33,891 nucleotides of DNA from Candidatus Nanoarchaeia archaeon (GCA_035548435.1 DASZSY010000001.1:1-33891), one strand, 5' to 3'; shown: positions 1 through 9,472, counted from the first letter of the stretch. The notes: a model not told the origin generated them from the sequence alone. Numbers and translations are program-made.

Positions 1-1
1 T

Positions 2-361
2 CACGGTACTCTAACAGTCGCAGTGGAAGCTATAAGAACATATGGTTTGATTACAAAAGAACAACCTAACTATAAAGCAGCATATGCTTATGTTCAATCA
101 CACGCCACTCACAAAGCTCCAACATATGCGCACTTTAAAGAATATGTAGAAGAGTTAAGAAGTGCAAGATTAAAATCGCAGGAAGAAGTTAAACACGGAC
201 GTCAAAAGCTCTTAACTCCTGTAAAAACTAATCCTTTTGGCAATAGACCTGTTATAAGATCTAACCCTAAACTTGAAGAAAGAATTTCCGAAGGAACTAT
301 AAGAGGAATGGATTTATCAAAATCAAAACCTCCATTTGCATCTAGCAGAGAAAGACATTAA
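2..361 (+). CDS. Hypothetical protein, 5'-truncated by the window edge
   Basis: The frame is open from base 2 (HGTLTVAVEAIR...) to TAA at 359-361; no recognisable motif. Confidence 0.55.
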   Translation, partial: HGTLTVAVEAIRTYGLITKEQPNYKAAYAYVQSHATHKAPTYAHFKEYVEELRSARLKSQEEVKHGRQKLLTPVKTNPFGNRPVIRSNPKLEERISEGTIRGMDLSKSKPPFASSRERH

Positions 362-363
362 TT

Positions 364-1566
364 TTAGACCAAGTCTATTCTATTCTCGTCATCCATTTCC
401 TGTTGTTCTTCAACAAGAATTGCATCGTTGAGCCGCGGCATATCTTCATCTTTTTCTTTTATTGCCCCAGGTCTGTATTCTTCCACCTCAAGTTCCTTTA
501 GTATCTTCTTTTCTATATCTTCAATGTCTTCTTTTTTATCGTTATTTTTCTTAGCACTTTCCATTCTCAAATCCTCAGAACTAATTATGAATATTTCTCC
601 ATTTGATATGCTAAAGTCTACTTTTTGAGATTTTTTCATTTGTTCTTCAAGTTTCATCGCAAACTGAGATACTATCTTTATTTCGTGATTTGTCAAAGTT
701 TGCTGCATTGCTCTTTCTGCAGTCAATTTAACTGTGCAGTTGTTTCCAGAGCTATCTCTAGTTATTGCAAACTCTTTAGTTTCTATCTCATGAGAAAGTA
801 TCTCCATATTTTCCCTATTTACTATATATGTATCTGGGCGAACACCCCAGTTTACTGCAACCCCTAGCCCCCATAATCCTTTTACAACCAAATTATTTGA
901 ATTTTCAACTTTACTCTTAGTGTATACTGTTCCAGATTTATCTGCATTCACCATTTTCTGTATAACTAACGCAACTTCAAAATCAGAATTCTCTATTTTC
1001 TTACTCAGTCTGTCATATATTTCTTCTTCTCCAAACATACTAGCATAAACTTTCTTTATTCTTTGGAGTAAATCTCTAAATCCTTTAACATTTAGATAAT
1101 ACTCTCTTTTACCTTTTCTTATGAATTCATGTTCTTTTCTAACGCTCTTTCTTACAGCAACAAAAACAGGCTCTCTAGAATTTTTCAAGATGCTTAAAGC
1201 TCCAGCACTTGCACTTTTTAGTACTTCTTTATCAACATCAAGTAATTCATATGCTTCTGCAATAGTTTCTTCAACTTCCTTATGAAACTCAGTTTTTTCT
1301 ATTAAATCTATTATTTTTTGACTTGCAGCTTTTAGTGCATTTTTATCTCCAATGTTTAAATCTTCTAAAATAAAATTAATTTTTTCTTTTAGTCCTCCAT
1401 ATCCCATAAAATGTTTGTATGCTGCAAAAGTTACAACAAATCCTGCTGGAATTGGAAACTTGCTTGCTTGCATCTGCCCTATTATTGCTGCCTTGTCTCC
1501 TACAATTTCTCTGTCTTCCTTCTTTATTTCAGAAAACCACTTTATTACTCCCTCTTTTTCAGTCAT
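364..1566 (-). CDS. PEP synthase/PPDK N-terminal (ATP-grasp) domain protein, stand-alone
   Basis: WFSEI..D...VGDKAA, FPIPAGFVVT, VAVRKS, VIQKMVNADKSG, GLWGLG..V....PD resemble the PpsA N-terminus. There is no phospho-His or PEP-binding domain, and the tail is acidic. Confidence 0.8.
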   Translation of the reverse strand: MTEKEGVIKWFSEIKKEDREIVGDKAAIIGQMQASKFPIPAGFVVTFAAYKHFMGYGGLKEKINFILEDLNIGDKNALKAASQKIIDLIEKTEFHKEVEETIAEAYELLDVDKEVLKSASAGALSILKNSREPVFVAVRKSVRKEHEFIRKGKREYYLNVKGFRDLLQRIKKVYASMFGEEEIYDRLSKKIENSDFEVALVIQKMVNADKSGTVYTKSKVENSNNLVVKGLWGLGVAVNWGVRPDTYIVNRENMEILSHEIETKEFAITRDSSGNNCTVKLTAERAMQQTLTNHEIKIVSQFAMKLEEQMKKSQKVDFSISNGEIFIISSEDLRMESAKKNNDKKEDIEDIEKKILKELEVEEYRPGAIKEKDEDMPRLNDAILVEEQQEMDDENRIDLV

Positions 1567-1631
1567 TAATAGAAAAAGCGCTTTGAGTTAATAAAGGTTG
1601 CTTAAAATAAGTTTTATCGACGTTAAAATGT

Positions 1632-2180
1632 TTAACTTCCGTTATGACTCCCATTCTGCCCTTTAGCGCTTTGTTGGCGAGCTAGCATTTTGCTTAAATT
1701 TTCTTTCCAATCTTTGTCGTTACATGCTGCTTTGAATATATTGCATAGTCCTTCAAATTCTCTTGTCATATCAAATGCAGATTCTATATTTATCTCAATA
1801 TTTCTAACAGGATCTCCAAGCAAAGTTCCAAATGGTCCATAAAGAGGAGATTTTGCAAACTCTCTTATCCAAGTAATATTCAAAGGCTGATTTGTTGTTT
1901 TTGTAGTTATCATATAAGGTCTTGTTCCAAATCCTTTCTGAGGTATCCAATGTTGATAGTCTATTCTATCAGGATATGTAGGAAGAGAATGTATTTGTAC
2001 TTTAGAACGTAAATGTGTTCCTTTAAGATATCTAAACATATCTTTTGTTGCAAGTATAAATCTCAAGTGCCTATCAATATCAGTAACTTCCCCTTCAATC
2101 GGCATAAAAAGATATCTGTGAACATCTCTGTCAAATTCTTCAGTCTTGCGAAAATAATGTTCTTTCACTAAATCAAACAA
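1632..2180 (-). CDS. Hypothetical protein
   Basis: 182-aa ORF filling the gap between genes; no motif recognised. Confidence 0.55.
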   Translation of the reverse strand: MFDLVKEHYFRKTEEFDRDVHRYLFMPIEGEVTDIDRHLRFILATKDMFRYLKGTHLRSKVQIHSLPTYPDRIDYQHWIPQKGFGTRPYMITTKTTNQPLNITWIREFAKSPLYGPFGTLLGDPVRNIEINIESAFDMTREFEGLCNIFKAACNDKDWKENLSKMLARQQSAKGQNGSHNGS

Positions 2181-2227
2181 AATAATGTATATTTAACTAT
2201 TATCGTATAAAAAAATCTACTTTAAAA

Positions 2228-2767
2228 TTAGTTCTTTTTTTCGAAAACAACTTGGCCCTTACATGGCAACTTTGGTTTTATTGCGTTAAGTGCTTCACGA
2301 GCAACAGAAATTCCTTTCTCGTTAGCGCAGTATATCTCGAAAACTTCTTTTCCAGCAGGTACTATAGCGCTTCTTCCAATAACTACTCCAAATGCTTGAG
2401 TCATTCCTGTAGAAATTCTGTCCGCTCCAGCCATTCCTCCAGCAGATTTGTTTTCTCTAACTAGGTGGTGTGGGTAAATCTTAACAGCCATGTAATATTG
2501 TCCAGGAGCTCCAGTATCCATCATTTTTACAAGATACATTCTGCATGCTTCAATTGCGTTGTCTCTTATTTGAGTAGCTTCAGAAGTAACATATCTTACA
2601 ACAAATGGTAATTTTCCAGCGTTGAATAATGTTGCATCTCCACTTGTCATTTTTGCAATTTTAACGTGTGGAACTGTTTTGATGTAAGCCTTGTTCTTGT
2701 TCTTACTTGTTCTTGTGTAAGGTCTAACTCTTTTCTTTGAATATGATGATGCTTTTCTTATGGCCAT
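2228..2767 (-). CDS. rpl10e: 50S ribosomal protein L10e/uL16
   Basis: MAIRKASSYS..RPYTR, QIRDNAIEACR, KIYPHHLVRENK, GADRISTGMTQAFG, KPKLPC. Confidence 0.95.
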   Translation of the reverse strand: MAIRKASSYSKKRVRPYTRTSKNKNKAYIKTVPHVKIAKMTSGDATLFNAGKLPFVVRYVTSEATQIRDNAIEACRMYLVKMMDTGAPGQYYMAVKIYPHHLVRENKSAGGMAGADRISTGMTQAFGVVIGRSAIVPAGKEVFEIYCANEKGISVAREALNAIKPKLPCKGQVVFEKKN

Positions 2768-2768
2768 T

Positions 2769-3056
2769 TTACTTCTTTGCCTCTTTCTTTTGTGCCGCTA
2801 CTGCTCCCAGTGTAACGTTTGTAGTTATAGATTGTCCAGGTAATCCAGATTCAAATATTGCTCTAACAAGTCCCTTGTTTCCGTGTGCATCGGATATTTT
2901 TCCAGAGATAACTTTTCCTGAAGAAGATGTCCAAGAAACTGTTTGTCCAATTACTTTCTTTGCTTCGTCTCTGTTCATGAAACCAAGGTCTAACAAGTAA
3001 TGTTTCTCTTTTATTCTGTGTCTGCTTCTTCTAAACTGTACAATTATTCCGTTCAT
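2769..3056 (-). CDS. rpl35ae: 50S ribosomal protein L35Ae/eL33
   Basis: GII..FRRSRH, A...IG..V.WTSSSGKVISGKI...HGNKGLVRA.F..GLPGQ; 1 nt from rpl10e. Confidence 0.92.
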   Translation of the reverse strand: MNGIIVQFRRSRHRIKEKHYLLDLGFMNRDEAKKVIGQTVSWTSSSGKVISGKISDAHGNKGLVRAIFESGLPGQSITTNVTLGAVAAQKKEAKK

Positions 3057-3097
3057 AATTTCCTTTAGAATAGGGGCTTTTTAAACCTTATTCAGGG

Positions 3098-3313
3098 CTA
3101 CTTTACCCTGACAATTAGCCATCTAAGTAATATAATGACGACAAATAAGAGCAATATCCATACAAAAAGCTGTCCCACAATTCGCAGTATCTCTATAACT
3201 GCTATTCTTGTAATTGGAATAATTGTTAAAATTATAAGAATTCCAATGAATATAACCCAATTTCTTATAGTCTGAAGTCTTGTCTTTATCTCAGGCATAC
3301 TATTCTTATTCAA
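3098..3313 (-). CDS. Small two-helix membrane protein
   Basis: Two long hydrophobic segments; lies directly downstream of the ThiF gene on the same strand. Confidence 0.6.
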   Translation of the reverse strand: MNKNSMPEIKTRLQTIRNWVIFIGILIILTIIPITRIAVIEILRIVGQLFVWILLLFVVIILLRWLIVRVK

Positions 3314-3338
3314 ATCACTTATTTAAATATGATTTAAT

Positions 3339-4382
3339 TTATTTACCACATATTTCACAATCAGATCTTTTATCAAAAGTTCTCCATTCTAAGTTCATAT
3401 TAAGTAGGTCAATTTCTGCAAATTTGTTTATATTTAAATTAGGATGTCCTATGAAATATTTCAATATTTCAGTAACATGCATATTACCAATTGTTCCTGC
3501 AATTGGCCCAAGATTTCCAGAATCTTCAACCTGCTTGATAATCTTCATTCCCTTAAATTGATCTTTTTCTTTTTGACGTCTTAGAAAGCAATTAAAACAT
3601 GCTGATTTTCCAGGAATTATTATTGGACCCACCATTCCTAGATGCATGTTATATCCTCCTCCAATCATATAAGGAATATTTCGCGGCCTTGCCCATTTAT
3701 CAACTATCTCAGAAGTATGTGCCACCGAAGGAGAATCTGCACAATTAACTATGAAGTCTAATCCATTTAACATTGGAGATAAATCCTCGCCCTCTCTAAC
3801 AAAGTGATAGTAAGGAATTATATTGAAGTCAACTAATCTTTCTTTTAATACGTCTACTTTTCTTCTTCCAACATCCCGAGAATTGTAAAAAAGTTGTCTG
3901 TTTAGATTTGTTATAGATACAACGTCGGGATCACATACTCTTATTTCCCCGATTCCTATTTGTCCCAATCCATTGACTACCCAACTACCTATTCCGCCCA
4001 CTCCTAAGATTCCTACCTTTGCTTTCTCTATTTTTTCCTGCATTAATTTTGCTTCTTCAGGATTATTAGCAAGTTCTTGAAAGTAAATTTTTTGTTTATG
4101 CATTCTATCGCTATCTTTTTTTTCATAAACTACTCTGGCTAGTCCATTGGATACCAGAGAATTCATACAAGCAGTAACTTCTTCTCGTCCATATCGGCTT
4201 TCCAAGGCCAAGAACATTTCCTCATAGTTTAAAGGGGATGTAAGACGAGAAATTATCTGATCTGTAAGAGAATTAACTCTCCAGGTTTGTACCTTTCTGG
4301 TTGCAGTAAATACTGCGTAGTACAAGCCTTCAGAGTCTTTAGCTAGATAAAGAGATTCTTTAAGTCTTATCTTACTATCCAC
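3339..4382 (-). CDS. ThiF/E1-like adenylyltransferase with N-terminal RRE-like extension (MccB/PaaA-like)
   Basis: GILGVGGIGS, DPDVVSITNLNRQ, CADS, GPIIIPGKSACFNC, C-terminal CEICG, plus a ~95-aa N-terminal domain; GTG start. Confidence 0.85.
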   Translation of the reverse strand: MDSKIRLKESLYLAKDSEGLYYAVFTATRKVQTWRVNSLTDQIISRLTSPLNYEEMFLALESRYGREEVTACMNSLVSNGLARVVYEKKDSDRMHKQKIYFQELANNPEEAKLMQEKIEKAKVGILGVGGIGSWVVNGLGQIGIGEIRVCDPDVVSITNLNRQLFYNSRDVGRRKVDVLKERLVDFNIIPYYHFVREGEDLSPMLNGLDFIVNCADSPSVAHTSEIVDKWARPRNIPYMIGGGYNMHLGMVGPIIIPGKSACFNCFLRRQKEKDQFKGMKIIKQVEDSGNLGPIAGTIGNMHVTEILKYFIGHPNLNINKFAEIDLLNMNLEWRTFDKRSDCEICGK

Positions 4383-4418
4383 GAAAAAGACTTAAAGAGG
4401 TATTATTTAATTATATCT

Positions 4419-5054
4419 ATGGAACAACAAATAGATTTGTCAAACATCTCTATTGAAGATATAAGCAAAAAAGGCACAATTATATTGTTTGGAAATACTC
4501 ACGGTTTTATTGACGACTTATCCATTCAAGAGATGCTTATTGATTTATTTAAGCCCAAATCTTATCTTTTTGAGTTGTTAGAAGATAAAAATTTGTTTAA
4601 TTTAAAAGAAATAACTGATTTTTTGAAGAGAAATAAAGATGAATACTTCTCAATTACCACTAAAAATAGTCAAATTCAAGAAGTAGTTTCAAGACTTATG
4701 AATCATAATCTTCAGTTTATAGGATGTGATTTAAAGAATTTAGGTAGAAAAAACAAGGAAGAACTAATAAGAACTAGCTTAACGAAAGAAGAAGAGGAAT
4801 ATGAAGAGCAATTGTTAAAAAAAAGAGAAACTGTTCAAGCCAAAAAGGTTATTTCAGTTATTAATTCAACAAAAAAGCCAGTTTTTTTATCAGTTGGCGC
4901 TTATCACTTAAGAGAATTTTCTTATCTATTACAAGAATTAAAGGGTCATTCTCTTTTTGTTGCCCAACCTTTTTATGAAGATGAGGCTTTATTCGAACCT
5001 AAAGAAAATATAATAAAGGAAAACATAAAATACAAAATAAAAAAGATTTTTTGA
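4419..5054 (+). CDS. EreA/ChaN/TIKI(TraB)-like fold protein (putative hydrolase)
   Basis: IILFGNTHG, YLFEL, IGCDL, RE, SVGAYHL follow the motif order of this superfamily; family call is tentative. Confidence 0.5.
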   Translation: MEQQIDLSNISIEDISKKGTIILFGNTHGFIDDLSIQEMLIDLFKPKSYLFELLEDKNLFNLKEITDFLKRNKDEYFSITTKNSQIQEVVSRLMNHNLQFIGCDLKNLGRKNKEELIRTSLTKEEEEYEEQLLKKRETVQAKKVISVINSTKKPVFLSVGAYHLREFSYLLQELKGHSLFVAQPFYEDEALFEPKENIIKENIKYKIKKIF

Positions 5055-5231
5055 TTACATCCAGTACTTTATACTTGTACCGTCTTGTAAAGCGCCTTCT
5101 CTAACAAGAGCCATTCCATCGTATCTCCTAGCTTCTTTTACAGCATAGGGACGTGATGTCTCTTCAGAAAAGCGTGCAGAATCCACAAGAGGATCAGCAG
5201 AAGCCGCTCTAGCTTCAAGTTTTTCTGTCAT
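5055..5231 (-). CDS. 58-aa small protein (MTEKLEARAA...KYWM)
   Basis: ATG at 5231 is preceded by a strong SD (AGAGGAGGTAAAAATG); the longer ORF-track start is less likely. Confidence 0.65.
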   Translation of the reverse strand: MTEKLEARAASADPLVDSARFSEETSRPYAVKEARRYDGMALVREGALQDGTSIKYWM

Positions 5232-5309
5232 TTTTACCTCCTCTACTAAATATGCATACATGTTTATAATCCTATTCAAAATAGCAAGCTTTATATATGT
5301 CACTGAATA

Positions 5310-6260
5310 GTGGTTAATATGGAAGAGGACTATAAACTACCTATTGTAACAAGGAAAGCAAAAGCTTCATTTTTAGATAAAATGAAGTCTGCAGTTTCAT
5401 GGGCTGCAAAAAAAGATCTTCTAGATTATGTTCCATTTAGACTAGTCTCAAAAGATAAAACTGAATATATTCCTTTAAATCAATTTGAAAGAAATTATGG
5501 TGTTGGAGACAAGCTAGCAGATATAGAAGATTTTGGAATGAAGCGTACTTCTATTCCATTCTATGAAAGAAGTTGGTTCAAGAATACAATGTTCTGGGGA
5601 AGAAGAGCGGTTTTTCTTTCATCAGCAGCAGCATGTGCAGCTCTTTTAAATTATTCAAATGAAAATAGAGCAGATGCAGCCACACAATTTGCATCTCAAA
5701 AAGCAGGCCTAGAGGAGTATCTTGAAAGCCCTCAATTTGATCTTTTTGCAAAAGAAATAGAAAAGAGAAGTCTTTGGACAATTAATTTTATAGCTAAAGA
5801 GCCTGTAACTGCACATCAAATATTGCCAGAAGTTGCAAAAGCAGAAGAAAAATCTGGAGATCTAGATTGGTCATTATATGTAAGACCAATATCTCAATCT
5901 GATTACTCTCCTGCAAAGATAGTTGAAAAACAAAGAAACATATTCTCTCTTCTTTCAAGTAGAGGATACAAATTAGATGCTGCTTCTAGAATAGAAGGTA
6001 AAAAAATTATTTTCAATCAAGCAATTCCTTCAATGAATGCATATCTTAAAGAAAAGCCATCAAATCAATTCCCTCTTATTGTAAAAAGTCCAGAATTACA
6101 AGAAGTATTTATGAGAGCAGTAGCTAAAAGATTTAACTCAGCAAATCAATACGATGTGGAGAGACTAGGCAAGCTATACGGTTTATTCGGAAGTGCAATG
6201 TACGAAGACCAAAGAGCAATCGCAGCAAAATCAAGAAATACTTTTACAGTATCTAAATAA
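5310..6260 (+). CDS. Hypothetical protein with one central hydrophobic segment
   Basis: 316-aa ORF; AVFLSSAAACAALL segment. Confidence 0.6.
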   Translation: MVNMEEDYKLPIVTRKAKASFLDKMKSAVSWAAKKDLLDYVPFRLVSKDKTEYIPLNQFERNYGVGDKLADIEDFGMKRTSIPFYERSWFKNTMFWGRRAVFLSSAAACAALLNYSNENRADAATQFASQKAGLEEYLESPQFDLFAKEIEKRSLWTINFIAKEPVTAHQILPEVAKAEEKSGDLDWSLYVRPISQSDYSPAKIVEKQRNIFSLLSSRGYKLDAASRIEGKKIIFNQAIPSMNAYLKEKPSNQFPLIVKSPELQEVFMRAVAKRFNSANQYDVERLGKLYGLFGSAMYEDQRAIAAKSRNTFTVSK

Positions 6261-6618
6261 ACTCTTTTCCGTGAGCTATAATATATTCTCTAAATCTATC
6301 GTCGGACATCATTTGTAAATCAACTTTTCCAGTTCTCATTTTTTCATATACTCTCTTATAGTCTTGTGCTTCTTGTTCAAAGTCGCTAGATGCAATAACA
6401 GTTCTTCCATTAAATGAAACATGAGCAGCTATTTCAGGATTATCCAACCATTTAGGCAGCCACAGTGATGCTCTTGCAACTATTTGAGGGAGTGCTGCCC
6501 TCTCTAGTTCTATTTCTCCATTTACATTTACTTTAGAAATCTTCCAATCAGATCTAAATTCAAGTCCAAAAGATCTTCTAACTACTTTGTTTATTGAATA
6601 AGAAGCATATCCAATCAT
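6253..6618 (-). CDS. Hypothetical protein
   Basis: 121-aa ORF convergent with the previous gene. Confidence 0.5.
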   Translation of the reverse strand: MIGYASYSINKVVRRSFGLEFRSDWKISKVNVNGEIELERAALPQIVARASLWLPKWLDNPEIAAHVSFNGRTVIASSDFEQEAQDYKRVYEKMRTGKVDLQMMSDDRFREYIIAHGKEFI

Positions 6619-6673
6619 AAAAATAAAATAAAATTAGTCTTTAAATTAATATGTGAACTAAAATGTAGATAAT

Positions 6674-7402
6674 CTATATGAGTTTTATTGTTGCAATAAC
6701 AGGTTTATGATCTGAGGAAGCAGTTTTGGCACATTCTACTTTATCCATGATAAATTTCTTTTTATTTGCAATAATATAATCTAAAGTTATTGGGACTTTA
6801 TCGTGAGAAAATTCAGTAGGCATAAATGAAAAGTATTTTGTAATTAGGTAAGATATATAGTACTCATTCTGTGCTAATTCTATAACATCTTCAGTTACTT
6901 TCATATTAAAATCTCCTGCAATTATCGGGTGCATATTCCTTTCTTTGCACCATTCTAGCGTTTGTCTAAGGTGTTCTTTTGCACCTTTAGTAGTATTCTC
7001 AAAGTGAACGTTGATGACATCTATATCTCCATCAGGGCAGGCAATTTTAGCATGCATAAAACCAAATTTCTTGTCTTTCTCAACACCGTTTAGCAATATT
7101 ATTTCTTGAGACTTTATTTTCCATTTTGATAATATACCAAATCCATACCACATATCCCAATCTATCGGTTTTCCATGCCATTTTTGCATTTTTTCCATCT
7201 TCTCATACGAACATCCAATATACTTGAGGTCCTTGTTTATTTCATCAGCTTGATTTTTCCAATTACCTGTCTGTCTGGAATCGAGTGCAACCTCTTGTAA
7301 TAAAATTAAATCTGCTTTTTGTTCATTCAAGAATCTAATAAGTTCTTCCTTTCTCTTGTCCCATTCATAGTATCTCCAGACGTTCAGAGTTAAAATCTTC
7401 AT
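6674..7402 (-). CDS. Endonuclease/exonuclease/phosphatase (EEP) family protein
   Basis: MKILTLNV, ADLILLQEV, NVHF, IIAGDFN, LDYI, SSDHKPV; start moved to the ATG at 7402. Confidence 0.9.
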   Translation of the reverse strand: MKILTLNVWRYYEWDKRKEELIRFLNEQKADLILLQEVALDSRQTGNWKNQADEINKDLKYIGCSYEKMEKMQKWHGKPIDWDMWYGFGILSKWKIKSQEIILLNGVEKDKKFGFMHAKIACPDGDIDVINVHFENTTKGAKEHLRQTLEWCKERNMHPIIAGDFNMKVTEDVIELAQNEYYISYLITKYFSFMPTEFSHDKVPITLDYIIANKKKFIMDKVECAKTASSDHKPVIATIKLI

Positions 7403-7508
7403 AAAATTATAAATATAAAAATTATTTAAACTTGATGTCTTTCTTAAGAAAATTATCTCATAGGTTTTATAGAAAATAGTGAATAATTGATTTAGTCTTT
7501 GTCTAAAA

Positions 7509-8303
7509 TTAAATATCAATTGCGCCGTCTTTCTCTACGTAATCTGTCTTTCCAGTTTGTGTTTTAACTCTGTTTCTTCTTCTCCATGCAGCTGCTCCAG
7601 CGAATGCTAGTCCACCAGCAAGTAAACTCCAAGCACTTGGCTCTGGTACTGCTGTTATGTTGAAGTTTAGAGAGTTTGTGTTTCCAAGAAGTTGATAATT
7701 CCCGCCCGCAAACAAATCGGTTGTTGAAGGGCTATTTAATGTCCAGCTAGTTGCACCAGTGTCATAAGTAAAACTTACATTTCCACCTGCAGATCCAGTT
7801 CCAGGTGTAAAGTAAAAGCTAACAACATTTGCTTTCTCACCAAAGTCATCTAGTAGTGGAAGATTGCCTACTGCAGTTCTCTCATAAGAGAAAGTCATAG
7901 TATTTCCTAATGTTGATACAGGGCCATAGGTATTTGTTCTACCAGTTGAACTAGAAAATATATCGTTATTCAAAGGAGTTCCTTCATTGGAAGTAGATGT
8001 TGGATTAACATAGTTAAAATTAACTTCATTTACATCAAAGCCATTTGTAAATGTTGCTTTGAATGCAGATTTTATATCGTTAAAGTCTAATCCAGAATAA
8101 GTTTGGATATTCTCAATGTTTAAATTTATTAAATAAGTATGTCCCTCTTGAAGAGATCCGGAGACCGCCTGATTATTACTTGTGTCTACTACTTCAGCTC
8201 CAAGATTAACCAGAGCTTGTGCTCTCAAATCAGGAGTTCCTGAAAGACCTAGAGCTAATGCTGTTCCAGCCATTATCTTTCCTACTAATCCTTTGTATGC
8301 CAT
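7509..8303 (-). CDS. Secreted protein with PEP-CTERM sorting signal
   Basis: N-terminal signal peptide (MAYKGLVGKIMAGTALALGLSG) and C-terminal VPEPSAWSLLAGGLAFAGAAAWRRR. Confidence 0.85.
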   Translation of the reverse strand: MAYKGLVGKIMAGTALALGLSGTPDLRAQALVNLGAEVVDTSNNQAVSGSLQEGHTYLINLNIENIQTYSGLDFNDIKSAFKATFTNGFDVNEVNFNYVNPTSTSNEGTPLNNDIFSSSTGRTNTYGPVSTLGNTMTFSYERTAVGNLPLLDDFGEKANVVSFYFTPGTGSAGGNVSFTYDTGATSWTLNSPSTTDLFAGGNYQLLGNTNSLNFNITAVPEPSAWSLLAGGLAFAGAAAWRRRNRVKTQTGKTDYVEKDGAIDI

Positions 8304-8386
8304 AATTACTCTGCTCAAAGAGGGTTTATAAATATATATGTTTCGGAGTATATATTTACTATTCAAGAGTTACAACTATTCTATAG

Positions 8387-9469
8387 TTAGCCTTTGTATT
8401 TTCTTCTTATATCGTTAATTTCCGTAGCTGACAATGATCTGTTAAAGAACATAACTTCATCTATGTATCCGTTGAAACCAGGTCCAATATTGAAGTTTTG
8501 TGTTGTTGAAGGAACTGCAGTTATAGTAGGCGATGTGCTTACAGATTGATCATTAAGATATATTGTCATTAAAGTTGAATTGAAGACTGCAGCAATAAAT
8601 TCCCACTGATTTGAAGAAGGAGCACCGCTAATATTAATTTGGTTGGTTACTCCAGAGTTCTTCACAGCAAACTCCCAGTTACCAGTCGCTTGTGAATATC
8701 TTAAAACAAAACCTCCTCCCAAAGCCATTTTATCAACTACTTTACTTTGAGAAGCTAAGTTTAAGTTAATTGGATTAACCCATGCAACCAAGGTAATATT
8801 ATCGCTATTTAACTTTTGATTGTTAGGTACAGATGTATATGTACTAGTAGAAGTGCTGTATATCGCACTTTGACTTCCGAATTTTTTATTCGAGCTGAAA
8901 GTAGCCCCTCCATTAGAAGCACCATTGAATCCATTTTTTTCATCAATCCATGTACCTTCCATCTTCCAACATGATACTTGGCTGTTTTGCACAGCAGCCG
9001 GCAAAGTATACTTCGTCTTATTCTTCACTGGTTGTTGTATTGGAACTCCAAACGTTTCTTTGTCTGTTCCGTTTTGTCTAAAAATAGGAGTAACTGTGAT
9101 AAACAAAACATCATCAATTGTCGGGTCTGAATAATTAAAGTTAAATTTTTTAGCTTCGTATTCTGCAATTGTGAAATTCTGTCTGAATGTTTTAACATTT
9201 CCAGCAGGGTCGGTTAGTCCAACCATAAATCCTGCAATGTTTCCATCTCCTGCATCTCTTGCTAGATTAAGAGAGAAAGAGTCAGTGTTAGGGTCATATG
9301 AAACGCTGTCAGCTGCAACAGAAAGTTTTGTAGTATATGCCTGTGAATCAAGTCCCGAAGATTTTTCCAATAAAGGCAATAAAACGTTCCAAGCTATTAC
9401 AACAGCAGCCATTGCAATCAATATAACTAAAATTGTTGTGACAATATCAGAAAGTCCTCTTCTTGACAT
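8387..9469 (-). CDS. Archaeal type IV pilin-like protein with C-terminal LamG-like jellyroll
   Basis: Class III signal RRG/LSDIVTTILVILI; ITLVAWVNP, WEFIAAVF, FNGYIDEVMFFNRSLSATEI. Confidence 0.85.
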   Translation of the reverse strand: MSRRGLSDIVTTILVILIAMAAVVIAWNVLLPLLEKSSGLDSQAYTTKLSVAADSVSYDPNTDSFSLNLARDAGDGNIAGFMVGLTDPAGNVKTFRQNFTIAEYEAKKFNFNYSDPTIDDVLFITVTPIFRQNGTDKETFGVPIQQPVKNKTKYTLPAAVQNSQVSCWKMEGTWIDEKNGFNGASNGGATFSSNKKFGSQSAIYSTSTSTYTSVPNNQKLNSDNITLVAWVNPINLNLASQSKVVDKMALGGGFVLRYSQATGNWEFAVKNSGVTNQINISGAPSSNQWEFIAAVFNSTLMTIYLNDQSVSTSPTITAVPSTTQNFNIGPGFNGYIDEVMFFNRSLSATEINDIRRKYKG

Positions 9470-9472
9470 ATT

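Noticed and set aside
5302-5310. Third copy of the element operator (ACTGAATAG)
   Set aside because: Only 9 bp match in AT-rich DNA outside the element; likely chance.
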